A stretch of DNA of 46,177 bases from an uncultured Victivallales bacterium. GTDB taxonomy: Bacteria; Verrucomicrobiota; Kiritimatiellia; UBA8416. Shown here piece by piece: positions 10,279-19,757 of this stretch; position 1 is the stretch's first letter, and each line of letters begins with the position of its first letter. The position numbers and the translations under genes were made by a program. Below the pieces are notes generated by a model. That model saw only the letters and a program-made list of their open reading frames with translations, was not told the origin of the DNA and ran no database searches. Location: positions 1 to 46,177 of the forward strand of contig CAZNWT010000026.1 of the NCBI GenBank assembly GCA_964576795.1. The letters are read 5' to 3'.

Positions 10279-11100
10279 TCACCTTGCATTTAAATGTTCC
10301 CAGCAGGACGCAGGCGAAGGGCTGTCGTATCGGCAGGCGTGCAATTCGCCCACTCCGGCTACACAGAAGACGCAATAGCCAGGCGCCGCCAAGCACGGAG
10401 ACGCAAGACACAGCAACCAGAGGCAAATATATCCGATAAAAACAGGCCGGATCCGGGTGAGGAACAACACTCGAACTCGGGGCCAGAATACCGACCAGAG
10501 TCCAATGAACCCCACTGGGGACGACAGAAAAGCAAGACCACCGAGCCAACCCCCAACGCCAGAATCACAAAACCGCCCACGCCCAGGTTTGCAACAGATG
10601 AAGCGAGAGGCCACCCAAGATCCAAAGGCAGAGAGCAGGGAACAAACACGCGTCGCAGATAATGAAAAATAACCCCCGCTTCCGTCACGGCATAATATAG
10701 CGGCGACGTCTCACTCTGCATGATAGATTGAGCAGAGCCCTCTCCCCACAGTTTCATGACCACATCCGCTAACCAGCCCCCCCCCCCCCCATGTCAACGC
10801 CATCCCGAGGTGGAGGCCCCAGCGCTCCTTAAACTGCACCTTCAGAGACCCCAATATAAAAAACCGGTTATAGAAAAAGCAATACGGGGGCCGTGATCAT
10901 GACTTCCTTGGTACCCATCCCAACCCCACACGCCAGCCCCCCTCCCCCCATACCATGCTATGCACCGCCAGCGCGACCGCGCGACAGAGCCACGAATGAG
11001 GCACCATACTCTGAGCAGATACAACATCCCCATGAGCAGCTCGCCGTGTTGCCATATATACGTGACTAATGCAGTCTACATGGGATGAACCGCCCAAAGC
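10279..11100 (-). pseudogene. Probable degraded membrane-protein gene (or low-quality sequence) with long poly-C tracts
   Basis: Several overlapping hydrophobic minus-strand ORFs (10244-10549, 10279-10614, 10359-10763, 10842-11033, 10897-11097) are broken across all three frames. There is a C14 run at 10777-10790 and C6TC6 at 10937-10949. The plus strand has strong A/C skew. Confidence 0.35.
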
Positions 11101-11202
11101 GATGCGATCACAAAAGCAAAACTGCCACCAAAGCTATTGGCAAACACCAAGCCAGTCAACGCAGCAAGGAACTTATCTTCTTTCCATAAAGAGGAAACTC
11201 CC

Positions 11203-11259
11203 GCGCATAGCGCGATAGCTACTAACTCTCATCCCGTACGTCTCGCGCTATGCGCAGGA
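11203..11259 (-). terminator. Long inverted repeat (13-bp perfect stem, 27-nt loop) ~90 nt downstream of the rapA stop; putative terminator
   Basis: gcgcatagcgcga (11203-11215) and tcgcgctatgcgc (11247-11259) are exact reverse complements. A U-rich stretch follows on the minus strand. Confidence 0.35.
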
Positions 11260-11347
11260 CACGCCCCCCTGAAATAGCCAAACGCAAACTTTCCGCGAAG
11301 CGGAAACCTGCCAGCGAAGCCACGTCAAACAGCCATCCCCGCTCTAC

Positions 11348-13960
11348 TCACCCACGCATGCGACTTGTGCCAACGACAAGCCGAATAGCATCCAATCGCA
11401 AGCGGGCTCCACTAATGGCATCCGCAAGCGCTGAAACCTGCGTTTCGAGTGCCATAACTTCCTCCGGGCGAACATGGTCATTCACCAACTGTAGGTCGCG
11501 CAAACGCGCAATTTCTGCACCAAGAGCAGTCTGCATATTCTCCAACGCCCCATTCTGAATAACAGAAAGTCGCGATTCGGCTTCAACACGAGAGGCAGAC
11601 ACCATTGGAGGTAGAATATCGAGCCGCAGCCGGTCGTTATCACTCACCCACCAAGACTCACCATCACCATCCGTATTCCACTCTGCCGCGACGCTTTCGC
11701 ACCTGTCATTCACCTGCACCAATAGCGGAGTCGCTGGCAAAAAACGCTCAATCTCAATTTGCTGCGCAGAAACGGCTTCAAGGACATAGACCGCCTGAAG
11801 CAATACGCCAGTGTTGGTTGTCGATTTCGCAATAGCACACACACCCCGGTCAGATCCCAAAATCAAATCCATTGCCCCTTGAACCATAGGATGATCCCAA
11901 CTCAACAATGTTATCGTTGGCCGACTTAGCGCATGCGCACGATCATAGGTCACCCGCATCGCATCGCCTTTTCGAGGAAGGGGAAACTCATCACTGAAGA
12001 GGAGATCTGCACTCAGGAGATAATCACGCTCTTCAAGCGGTTCGGCATCCACCCCGAACTGCTCAAAAACATCGCACATATAGGTCTCTAGCGTCCGATC
12101 CGCTTCCGCCGCCTGAATAGCTGTCACCAATGATGCTGCCACAGCAGGACGGCATGAGTTCATCTCAAGAAGCAAGTTACGTCCCGCCTCAACGCGTTGA
12201 CACAACGCGCGATGCGCGGACCGCGTCTCTGTAATGAGGGCTTCGTCAACATTTGACAGACGCTCAGCAAACTGAAGCCACATGGCATACCCCCCAACAA
12301 GCGGACGAGAAAAGGCACCCAACCCCTCATGCATCCACTGCACACGCCCCGCTTCAGGCGTTCCACGCAAATAGGGAATATGGATATGAATGTCATGCTT
12401 CTGGCCAATGCGATCCAACCGGCCAATACGCTGCTCAACGAGCTCAGGATCTTCAGGAACATCCATTAACACCAGATGACTGGCGAACTGGTAATTTCGC
12501 CCCTCTCCCCCCACCCCTGAGGTAATGAGAATACGCGCGCCCTCCAGCTCCGCAAACCAAGCCGCCTGACGATCGCACTGTATCAGGGGTAGATTTTCAT
12601 GGAAACAGGCAATATCAATGCCGGTGAGTACACGAAGCTTCGCTTCTAAAGCGAGCACATCTTCGGCACTCTCACAAATCACAAGAAACTTCGTTTTAGG
12701 CCGCCGTCGCAGCAATCCAGCCAACCAGGCAACCCGAGGATCAGAATCGTCCCCGGCGCTCGGATCCAACGGAACAAGGTGGGGCTTACGATTGGGAAAC
12801 CCTGCAATAGCCATGCGTGAATTACGAAACATCACACGTCCCGGGCCATGGCGATCCAACATTTTTTCGAGTTCTGCTTCCCGCCCTTGCGCAATCACGG
12901 AAACGGCACGCTTTGCCACTTCAGTATAGGTTTCGTGTTCTGCAACAAACTGATCAAAGCTCGGGTAGCGATGGGGATCAAGCAATCTCAACCGTGCAAA
13001 ATGACTTTCCAGGCCAGTCTGCTCTGGACTCGCTGTCAAAAGAAGGAGACTGGGGGTGCAAGTGGAAAACTGCTCTACCAGACAATACTCTGGACTAGCC
13101 CCCTCTGCGGACCATCGTAGATGATGCGCTTCATCAACAATAAGGATGTCCCAACCTGCAGATAGAGCCTGCTGCATGCGAACCGTGTCGGAAACCAAAA
13201 ACTCTAAACTGCATAGGACAAATTGCTCTTCAAGAAATGGATTTTGCGACCCCGATTCTGTCTCCGCATCACAGCGCTGCTTGTCAAATACGCGAAATGA
13301 GAGATTAAATCGACGCAGCAACTCAACAAACCACTGATGCACCAAAGGTTCAGGAAGCAAGATTAACACGCGATCTGCTTTTTCACATACGACGAGTTGA
13401 TGCAAAATCAAGCAGGCTTCAATTGTTTTTCCTAGCCCCACCTCATCTGCCAGCAGAATCCGGGGAATCTGTCGTCGGCTGACCTCGTGAGCAATGTAGA
13501 GCTGATGCGGCAGGAGCTCAATCCGGGCACCTGTAAAGCCCCGGACGGGTGACAGACGATTTGCGTGGCGATGCTGAAGCGTAGCAAGTCGAAGTGTGAA
13601 AAGTGCCGACGGGTCGACGTGTCCAGCCAACAGACGCGCCTCTGGATCTTCAACGCTCAGATTGTCTGCCAAAGCCGACTCGGGGAGATGCTGGGCATCT
13701 TCTCCCTCATAAGAGAGTAAGCCACCCGATTCATGCACATGAAGCACAATAAACGCGTTCCCCTCACACCCTCGAACGGAATCACCGGGTGCAAACCGAG
13801 CTCGCTTCAGGGGGGCGCTCTCAATGGCATACGTACGCGTCTCTCCGCTGCAGGGAAAGAGCACCTGAACGTGATATCGGTCAACTTGAACGACAAGTCC
13901 AAGCCCTAGGCTGGGTTCGGCCAAACTCACCCAACGCTGCCCTGATACCAGTGACTTCAT
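11348..13960 (-). CDS. rapA: RNA polymerase-associated SNF2-family ATPase RapA (HepA)
   Basis: It is collinear with E. coli RapA. The N-terminal 'GQRWVS..E..LGLG.VV.VD' matches, as do the SNF2 motifs ('LLPHQL.IAHEV', 'LLADEVGLGKTIEA', 'DILIVDEAHHLRW') and the C-terminal helicase motifs ('LITSGVGGEGRNYQFASH', 'QRIGRLDRIGQKHDIHIHIPY'). Confidence 0.9.
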   Translation of the reverse strand: MKSLVSGQRWVSLAEPSLGLGLVVQVDRYHVQVLFPCSGETRTYAIESAPLKRARFAPGDSVRGCEGNAFIVLHVHESGGLLSYEGEDAQHLPESALADNLSVEDPEARLLAGHVDPSALFTLRLATLQHRHANRLSPVRGFTGARIELLPHQLYIAHEVSRRQIPRILLADEVGLGKTIEACLILHQLVVCEKADRVLILLPEPLVHQWFVELLRRFNLSFRVFDKQRCDAETESGSQNPFLEEQFVLCSLEFLVSDTVRMQQALSAGWDILIVDEAHHLRWSAEGASPEYCLVEQFSTCTPSLLLLTASPEQTGLESHFARLRLLDPHRYPSFDQFVAEHETYTEVAKRAVSVIAQGREAELEKMLDRHGPGRVMFRNSRMAIAGFPNRKPHLVPLDPSAGDDSDPRVAWLAGLLRRRPKTKFLVICESAEDVLALEAKLRVLTGIDIACFHENLPLIQCDRQAAWFAELEGARILITSGVGGEGRNYQFASHLVLMDVPEDPELVEQRIGRLDRIGQKHDIHIHIPYLRGTPEAGRVQWMHEGLGAFSRPLVGGYAMWLQFAERLSNVDEALITETRSAHRALCQRVEAGRNLLLEMNSCRPAVAASLVTAIQAAEADRTLETYMCDVFEQFGVDAEPLEERDYLLSADLLFSDEFPLPRKGDAMRVTYDRAHALSRPTITLLSWDHPMVQGAMDLILGSDRGVCAIAKSTTNTGVLLQAVYVLEAVSAQQIEIERFLPATPLLVQVNDRCESVAAEWNTDGDGESWWVSDNDRLRLDILPPMVSASRVEAESRLSVIQNGALENMQTALGAEIARLRDLQLVNDHVRPEEVMALETQVSALADAISGARLRLDAIRLVVGTSRMRG

Positions 13961-13963
13961 TCG

Positions 13964-14245
13964 CTAAGCCGTGCGCATCGTTACTTCGAGGACGTGATAG
14001 CCAAATTGCGTCTTAATGGGCCCTTGAACAGCTCCTACATCCCCCTGAAAAACGGCTTGGTCAAATTCAGGAACCATCTGCCCGGGGCCAAACTCGCCCA
14101 AAGCCCCACCGGACTTTCCAGAGGGACAGCGTGAATGCTCAGCAGCGAGAGCTGCAAACTCAGCGCCACCCTTAATTTTGTCAACGAGATCCTGACACTC
14201 CATTTCGGTCTGAACAAGAATGTGACGTGCGGCGGCTCTTGGCAT
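13964..14245 (-). CDS. ppiC: Parvulin-type peptidyl-prolyl cis-trans isomerase (Par10/PpiC); ORF in the track extends to 14275
   Basis: There is a near-collinear match to E. coli PpiC: 'AARHILV', 'CPSGKSGGALGEFGPGQMVPEFDQAVF', 'TQFGYHVLEV'. Its stop lies 3 nt from the rapA start. Confidence 0.85.
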   Translation of the reverse strand: MPRAAARHILVQTEMECQDLVDKIKGGAEFAALAAEHSRCPSGKSGGALGEFGPGQMVPEFDQAVFQGDVGAVQGPIKTQFGYHVLEVTMRTA

Positions 14246-14386
14246 GGCTGGCTCCTCATAAGTAATGGATATCAACGGATCCAGAGACTATTGTGGATGG
14301 ATGAAATGGTCAAACAAAACCCATGCAGACTTGCCTTCCCAGCAATGCTCAAGTAAGAATATATCTACGGCGTGTTGCCCCAATAG

Positions 14387-14478
14387 AGATTCCTCGACTT
14401 CGCTCGGAATGACAGACTCTAGATACTTAAATTTTATAGAGAAATATCATGCTGAGCTTGCCGAAGCATCTCGCCGAC
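14387..14478. repeat. Intergenic repeat copy A (upstream of purB)
   Basis: It shares the blocks 'gagattcctcg', 'cttcgctcggaatg', 'tcatgct' and 'gaagcatctcgccga', in the same order, with the element at 21862-21991. Confidence 0.55.
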
Positions 14479-14592
14479 TTGTCCGCCGTAGCACGAAGTG
14501 CGAAGGAGGAAGTGCGAAGGAGAAAGGCGCTTTTTGATTTAAGAAACACGCCGGCCATATAAGAATCAACCGCGATCAACTTTGGAGTCACC

Positions 14593-15954
14593 ATGTCTGA
14601 ACTCACCGCTTTGAGCCCTCTTGACGGGCGCTACGCATCAAAAACAGCTGCACTTTCCGAAATTTTCTCTGAATACGGGCTAATCCGATATCGTGTCACC
14701 ATAGAGGTGCGGTGGCTGATGGCGCTATGCGCCGAACCGGGCATACCGGAAGCACGCACGCTAACGGCTGTAGAAACAAGCCTGCTTGAACAGGTGATAT
14801 CCGACTTCTCACAAAAAGATGCCCAACGCGTCAAAGATATTGAGCGCAAAACCAACCATGACGTGAAGGCCGTTGAGTACTTTCTTAAAGAAACCATCGA
14901 AAACACCTCACTGGAGCCTCTCTCGGAGTTCTTACATTTTGCCTGTACGTCCGAGGACATCAACAACATGTCGCATGCCCTACAGCTTCGCGATGGCATG
15001 CAAGTGATCACCACCACCCAGTCAGAGTTGATCACCGCACTGACGACTTTGGCACAGCAGACACGAAAGGTGGCCATGCTGGCTCGCACGCATGGGCAGA
15101 CGGCTTCCCCCACAACAGTGGGCAAAGAAATTGCCGTTTTTGCCAACCGACTCCAAACGCAATCCATGCGCCTATCCGCTATTGAAATCAAAGGCAAACT
15201 CAACGGAGCCGTCGGCAATTTCAATGCCCACGTTGCAGCATATCCGGATGTAGATTGGCCCGAACTTACACGGCGTATCATTGAAGACGAATTGGGGCTG
15301 AAGCAGAATGCCTTCACAATTCAAATCGAGCCGCATGATTATATGGCTGAACTCTTTCATGCCATGATGCGGTGGAATACCATTCTGCTGGATCTGGATC
15401 GTGACCTTTGGACCTACATTTCAATGGCCTACTTTGGTCAGCTAACCGTTGAGGGTGAAGTCGGATCATCAACGATGCCGCACAAGGTCAACCCTATTGA
15501 TTTCGAAAACAGCGAAGGCAACATTGGTATCGCAAATGCAATCTTCGACCACTTGGCCTCTAAGCTGCCAGTCTCCCGTCTGCAACGCGATCTTACGGAT
15601 TCCACGGTTATTCGCAATATGGGCACCGCGTTTGGCTATTCAATGATTGCCTACGCATCAACACTTAAGGGGCTATCGAAGCTCAAACTTAATCCGGAGC
15701 GCATTGCTGCAGATCTCAATAATGCATGGGAAGTGCTCGCAGAACCCATTCAAACCGTAATGCGCAAGGCAAACATCGAGAAGCCCTACGAGAAGCTGAA
15801 GGCCCTCACGCGCGGCCAGACCGTCACACAAAAAAGCCTCCGGGCTTTTGTGGAAACGCTGAAGCTTTCAGAAGCAGACAAGGCGCGCCTCATGGCCATG
15901 ACTCCTGCAAGCTACATCGGGATTGCTGATAAGATTGTGGATCTACTCGATTAG
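14593..15954 (+). CDS. purB: Adenylosuccinate lyase
   Basis: At 453 aa it is highly similar to E. coli PurB along the full length ('SPLDGRY', 'HFACTSEDINN', 'SSTMPHKVNPIDFENSEGN', 'TRGQ'). Confidence 0.95.
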   Translation: MSELTALSPLDGRYASKTAALSEIFSEYGLIRYRVTIEVRWLMALCAEPGIPEARTLTAVETSLLEQVISDFSQKDAQRVKDIERKTNHDVKAVEYFLKETIENTSLEPLSEFLHFACTSEDINNMSHALQLRDGMQVITTTQSELITALTTLAQQTRKVAMLARTHGQTASPTTVGKEIAVFANRLQTQSMRLSAIEIKGKLNGAVGNFNAHVAAYPDVDWPELTRRIIEDELGLKQNAFTIQIEPHDYMAELFHAMMRWNTILLDLDRDLWTYISMAYFGQLTVEGEVGSSTMPHKVNPIDFENSEGNIGIANAIFDHLASKLPVSRLQRDLTDSTVIRNMGTAFGYSMIAYASTLKGLSKLKLNPERIAADLNNAWEVLAEPIQTVMRKANIEKPYEKLKALTRGQTVTQKSLRAFVETLKLSEADKARLMAMTPASYIGIADKIVDLLD

Positions 15955-16479
15955 GTCAGCAACGACGTTATCCTTTGCTCTGATCTCTTCAGGGGACAAG
16001 TCCATCAGTTCATGCGGAAAAACAATCCAGCGGTCAGTTTGGCGGCCATAATAATCTGGAGTAATCTCGGTCGTGTTGGCATCGGGCTTATAGTAGAGCG
16101 TTGCAATCTTGATTTCCGCTACAGAGGGTGCCAAAAGCTTGGTCACCATTTTCATGGTACTCCCAGAATCAAAAATATCATCCACCACCAGGACACGGCT
16201 CTCCGGAGTCACTCGCTCAAGTAATGTATCCATATATTCGATTGACGGTTCAGCCCTTTCTCCAATACCAACGTAGGACGCCGCCTTTAGGACGGTATGG
16301 TAGGTGTTAATTCCCTTATAGAGCAAAAACTCGTGAATCACAATACCCACAGGCGTTCCCCCTCGCCAAAGGACAAGCAATACATCGGGAACATAACCAG
16401 AATCAAAAATCTGCTTCGCTAGGGAGAACGAATCTCTAACCAAATCATCTGCCCGAATAAATGCTTTCTCGGCCATCAT
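15943..16479 (-). CDS. Purine phosphoribosyltransferase (hypoxanthine/xanthine-guanine PRTase family)
   Basis: It has the PRPP-binding motif 'VLVVDDIFDSGSTM' and the type-I PRTase fold pattern. Its 3' end overlaps the purB 3' end by 12 bp (convergent). Confidence 0.75.
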   Translation of the reverse strand: MMAEKAFIRADDLVRDSFSLAKQIFDSGYVPDVLLVLWRGGTPVGIVIHEFLLYKGINTYHTVLKAASYVGIGERAEPSIEYMDTLLERVTPESRVLVVDDIFDSGSTMKMVTKLLAPSVAEIKIATLYYKPDANTTEITPDYYGRQTDRWIVFPHELMDLSPEEIRAKDNVVADLIE

Positions 16480-16497
16480 TTACCTCCACTTCATGGG

Positions 16498-17784
16498 TTA
16501 GTTACCAGCCGCTTGTTTCGAAATTTCTTCAACATAAGTTGCAAGTTTCACAACCGTTGGCCCATATCCCTGACCATACATATTCTCTTCAAGCGCATGC
16601 GACAGAGCACCTGCCGCTTGGAAGCGATCAGCAGGAACATGTGCCAACATCGCCATTACAATCTTCACAACATCCTCCGGGATATCGGGACGATAGCGGC
16701 GGGGATCCGAAACAACAATTGGGGCAGAGAGAATATCAAGTGCCTTCTCAACATCGCCATCTAAACATCGAAAAAGGCGTATGTCTGTCAGCAGCTCATA
16801 ATAGACCAACCCCAGGGAGAACAGATCGCTACGACCATCAACCGAATCGCATCGGGCTTGCTCGGGTGACATAAACTCAACACAGCCTACCAATGCCTCT
16901 GCATCCTCCTCCATAAACTGAGCAGCCTTGGCGACTCCAAAGTCGGTCAACTTCACCTCCCCCTCGGTATCAATCATAATATTATTTGGCGACACATCAC
17001 GATGAACGAGATTCAGAGGCTTACCATCTGTGTCGAGCTTGCTATGCGCATACTCAAGCCCGCGTGCGATACGACTCACAATAAACGTTGCCAGGTCGAC
17101 AGGAAATTGACGGGTGAGCATGGCATGCATCGTCATCAAATGGGTCAATGGGATGCCATCTATATACTCCATGGCAATGTAGTAGCCTCCCTCATGGCGA
17201 CCAAGATGCTGAATTTGTACAATATTCTGGTGCACCAGATTCGCCACAAGTCTGGCCTCACCCACAAACGACGCAATCAAATTCTCCTGATTTGCATACT
17301 TTGGAAGAATTGTTTTGATCGCAACCTTCTTAATGAATCCCTCTGCACCAATCTGCTGTGCCTCATAGATCGCGCCCATTCCTCCACTGGCAATCTTTCG
17401 GTTCAGCGAATACATTACAGAACCGAAGATATCACCTGACAACTCCTCAGTTCCCACAGTGGCATTAGCGTGTCGGGTTATGATCGTTCCCGAAGGTGCT
17501 CTAAACGGGATCTGCACACGCGCATTGGTGGTACCAATAAGCACCCGATCTCCGTCATCAAGTGGAGCGCTGACAATGCGCTCATCATTGACCCACGTGC
17601 CATTTGTGGATCCTAAATCGGTAATAATAACCGTCTTAGCACTAACGTGAATCCGACAATGTATCAGCGATAAAGCATCATCGTGGAGAACAAGATCATT
17701 AGTGGGAGCACGACCAACCGAGACGACCCCCTCGAGATCAAACTTTGATCCCTTCATCGGTCCAGATTCAAATACAAGCTTCAT
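16498..17784 (-). CDS. Ser/Thr protein kinase with an N-terminal FHA domain
   Basis: The FHA-like N-terminus reads 'VSVGRAPTNDLVLHDDALSLIHCRI...ITDLGSTNGTWVN'. The Hanks kinase motifs include 'VAIKTILPKY', 'HRDVSPNNIMID', 'DFGVAKA' and 'SPEQ'. Confidence 0.85.
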   Translation of the reverse strand: MKLVFESGPMKGSKFDLEGVVSVGRAPTNDLVLHDDALSLIHCRIHVSAKTVIITDLGSTNGTWVNDERIVSAPLDDGDRVLIGTTNARVQIPFRAPSGTIITRHANATVGTEELSGDIFGSVMYSLNRKIASGGMGAIYEAQQIGAEGFIKKVAIKTILPKYANQENLIASFVGEARLVANLVHQNIVQIQHLGRHEGGYYIAMEYIDGIPLTHLMTMHAMLTRQFPVDLATFIVSRIARGLEYAHSKLDTDGKPLNLVHRDVSPNNIMIDTEGEVKLTDFGVAKAAQFMEEDAEALVGCVEFMSPEQARCDSVDGRSDLFSLGLVYYELLTDIRLFRCLDGDVEKALDILSAPIVVSDPRRYRPDIPEDVVKIVMAMLAHVPADRFQAAGALSHALEENMYGQGYGPTVVKLATYVEEISKQAAGN

Positions 17785-17786
17785 GG

Positions 17787-19592
17787 CTACTTCGCATCCG
17801 CCAGACTCTCGTCAGGCACATCCTTAAAGCGCAACGACCTGACAATGGAATCTGACGTTTCTAACAATGCGGGAGTTGATTCAGTAGCCACCGCAGACAG
17901 AATGGCCAAATTCGTGCCATGAGTGAAAAAATACTTGATGCGTATCGCATCGCCCTTTCGCGTTGCATAGCGATATCCAGATAAGCCTGAAGTCGTCTCC
18001 CAAGGTTTAACGTCCTCGATTTCAGCACCAAGATGCCCTTCAGCCCAATCCGTACGCTCTTTCTGCGCATACACGATCAAGCTAAATTTCGCATACGCAT
18101 TGATTGGCTTGGTTTCAATCGAAATATTAAGTTTGTCCTCTTCTGAATTCACGATTCTCACAAACTCGCTACCTTCGGTGGGGATATAATGCGCGGGCAC
18201 GATTAAAGACCAACCACTACTAGCCTTCTGGGTCTTTGCAGCCAACAACACCTTGTGCTCACCCGTTACAACATCAACACTGTAGCCGTCTTCTTTGGCC
18301 AGAACCATCAAGGGTTCACTTTCTGGAAAGATCGCACGGAGCGAGGATTCATGCTTCCGCAAGAGCCGTTTCTGGTCAATGTTTACACAGCGACCTTCTC
18401 GCCCACCTCTATTCACACCCGTTTGAAGCTTCTCATTAATGCGCATGATGACGGCCTCTCGAAACTGAAAGAATACCGAAATTTTATCGGAACCTTCGGA
18501 CAAGGAATCCTCTCGGATGATGATAGGCACTTCCTGATCATCCGACAAAACGGCATCCGCCTGACGATAGGATTCATCAATCTTATCTCCCAATGTCACG
18601 TCAGCACACGTGCTATCACTGGAGGGATCGAAACGTTTCCAAAGAGCAGTAGCCTGTGGAATCGCTTTCGCCCGAATATGAGACTCAGGCACCAGATGAC
18701 AATCCACATCCACTTTTCTCACTTTCGCCTGATACGAAAGTTTCAGTTTTGTATTGAAAACAACATCCCCCACATAAATTCCCAGCTTTGGTGTATCCTT
18801 AACCTTCAGCGGTTCCATCTCTAGGCTCATGAGATGAGGATATTGCTCTATACACGTGTTGAGAGCCTTTTTCACGTAAGGTTGAACGAGCTCACGCTGA
18901 AGAGCCTTCATCCGACTATCATAAAGAAGCGACGCCTTATACAGCGCAACTTCCCCTGCCAACAAATGAGTTTCCCCTCCCTTGAGAAGCGTATCAAAGG
19001 TGTATGCACCCGATTCCATCGGTTCTGGAATAGACACAGAAAGACATGTCGCCGTCCCTTCTGGAAGACTCGGTGGCTGAAGCACTTTGTTGACATCCAC
19101 AATTAACGCACGGCGAACCTTGAGGTTATACTTGTTTTTCGTAATCACAATAGGAATCATAGAAACTACGATTGCCATGACCAACGCCAGAGGAGTTGCC
19201 CACTTTGGAATATCGACATTGCTACTCTTGGTGGCAAGGTTGAACAAATTGAGACCCACAACGGTACCCACCAAAGCAGGAAGCCAGAACACAACAATGA
19301 GTGGCAACGGTTTGAGATTCATATAAACGGCAACCATAAGCACATGGACAAGTGCAGTCACCACCAGAGCACTGAGAGGAAGCAGCCACACCACCGGACT
19401 GAGTTTATGTGCAACGTTTTCCGCTTCCATGCGTTGCGTGTACTCACGCGCCATCGCCGCGGCACCACTCTCCTGAGGAACCGGAGTACTGGTTGTCTCC
19501 TCATTGCAGTGAGGACACACCACGGTTGAACCCACATCTTCTTCGGCGAGTTCATAACTGCCACCACAGTGTTCACAAGGAAAAATTGGCAT
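17787..19592 (-). CDS. Hypothetical membrane protein with an N-terminal double Zn-ribbon, a TM block and a large C-terminal domain; translationally coupled to the FHA-kinase
   Basis: 'CEHCGGSYELAEEDVGSTVVCPHCNEE' is a CxxC...CxxC motif. It is followed by ~4 TM helices and a 430-aa soluble domain with no family I can recognise. A 2-nt gap separates it from the kinase start. Confidence 0.5.
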   Translation of the reverse strand: MPIFPCEHCGGSYELAEEDVGSTVVCPHCNEETTSTPVPQESGAAAMAREYTQRMEAENVAHKLSPVVWLLPLSALVVTALVHVLMVAVYMNLKPLPLIVVFWLPALVGTVVGLNLFNLATKSSNVDIPKWATPLALVMAIVVSMIPIVITKNKYNLKVRRALIVDVNKVLQPPSLPEGTATCLSVSIPEPMESGAYTFDTLLKGGETHLLAGEVALYKASLLYDSRMKALQRELVQPYVKKALNTCIEQYPHLMSLEMEPLKVKDTPKLGIYVGDVVFNTKLKLSYQAKVRKVDVDCHLVPESHIRAKAIPQATALWKRFDPSSDSTCADVTLGDKIDESYRQADAVLSDDQEVPIIIREDSLSEGSDKISVFFQFREAVIMRINEKLQTGVNRGGREGRCVNIDQKRLLRKHESSLRAIFPESEPLMVLAKEDGYSVDVVTGEHKVLLAAKTQKASSGWSLIVPAHYIPTEGSEFVRIVNSEEDKLNISIETKPINAYAKFSLIVYAQKERTDWAEGHLGAEIEDVKPWETTSGLSGYRYATRKGDAIRIKYFFTHGTNLAILSAVATESTPALLETSDSIVRSLRFKDVPDESLADAK

Positions 19593-19757
19593 ATGGATAC
19601 CTCCTGATGTTCGACTTAAACAAATGACGGCAACCCTTCGAATTCCTAATGATCAGGGTTGCGTACGACGCTGTGAATCTATCTGCGAAGCAAGGGAGGT
19701 GTAAAGCTGAAAAGGTTTTCCGACTAGCACATTCAGGGCGCTGAGTACAGCATACGC

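Noticed and set aside
10294-10672. Plus-strand ORFs 10294-10662 and 10457-10672 (Arg/Gln/Pro/Thr-rich)
   Set aside because: Their extreme low-complexity composition reflects the A/C-rich strand and does not look like a protein. The more likely reading is a degraded minus-strand membrane-protein gene, or non-coding sequence.
10777-10790. C14 homopolymer and other 8-9-nt G/C runs as phase-variable contingency loci
   Set aside because: This is possible, but the contig ends in an obviously artefactual homopolymer tail, and the runs fall in unrelated genes and intergenic regions. Systematic sequencing or assembly error is the more economical explanation. I report it only as a caution.
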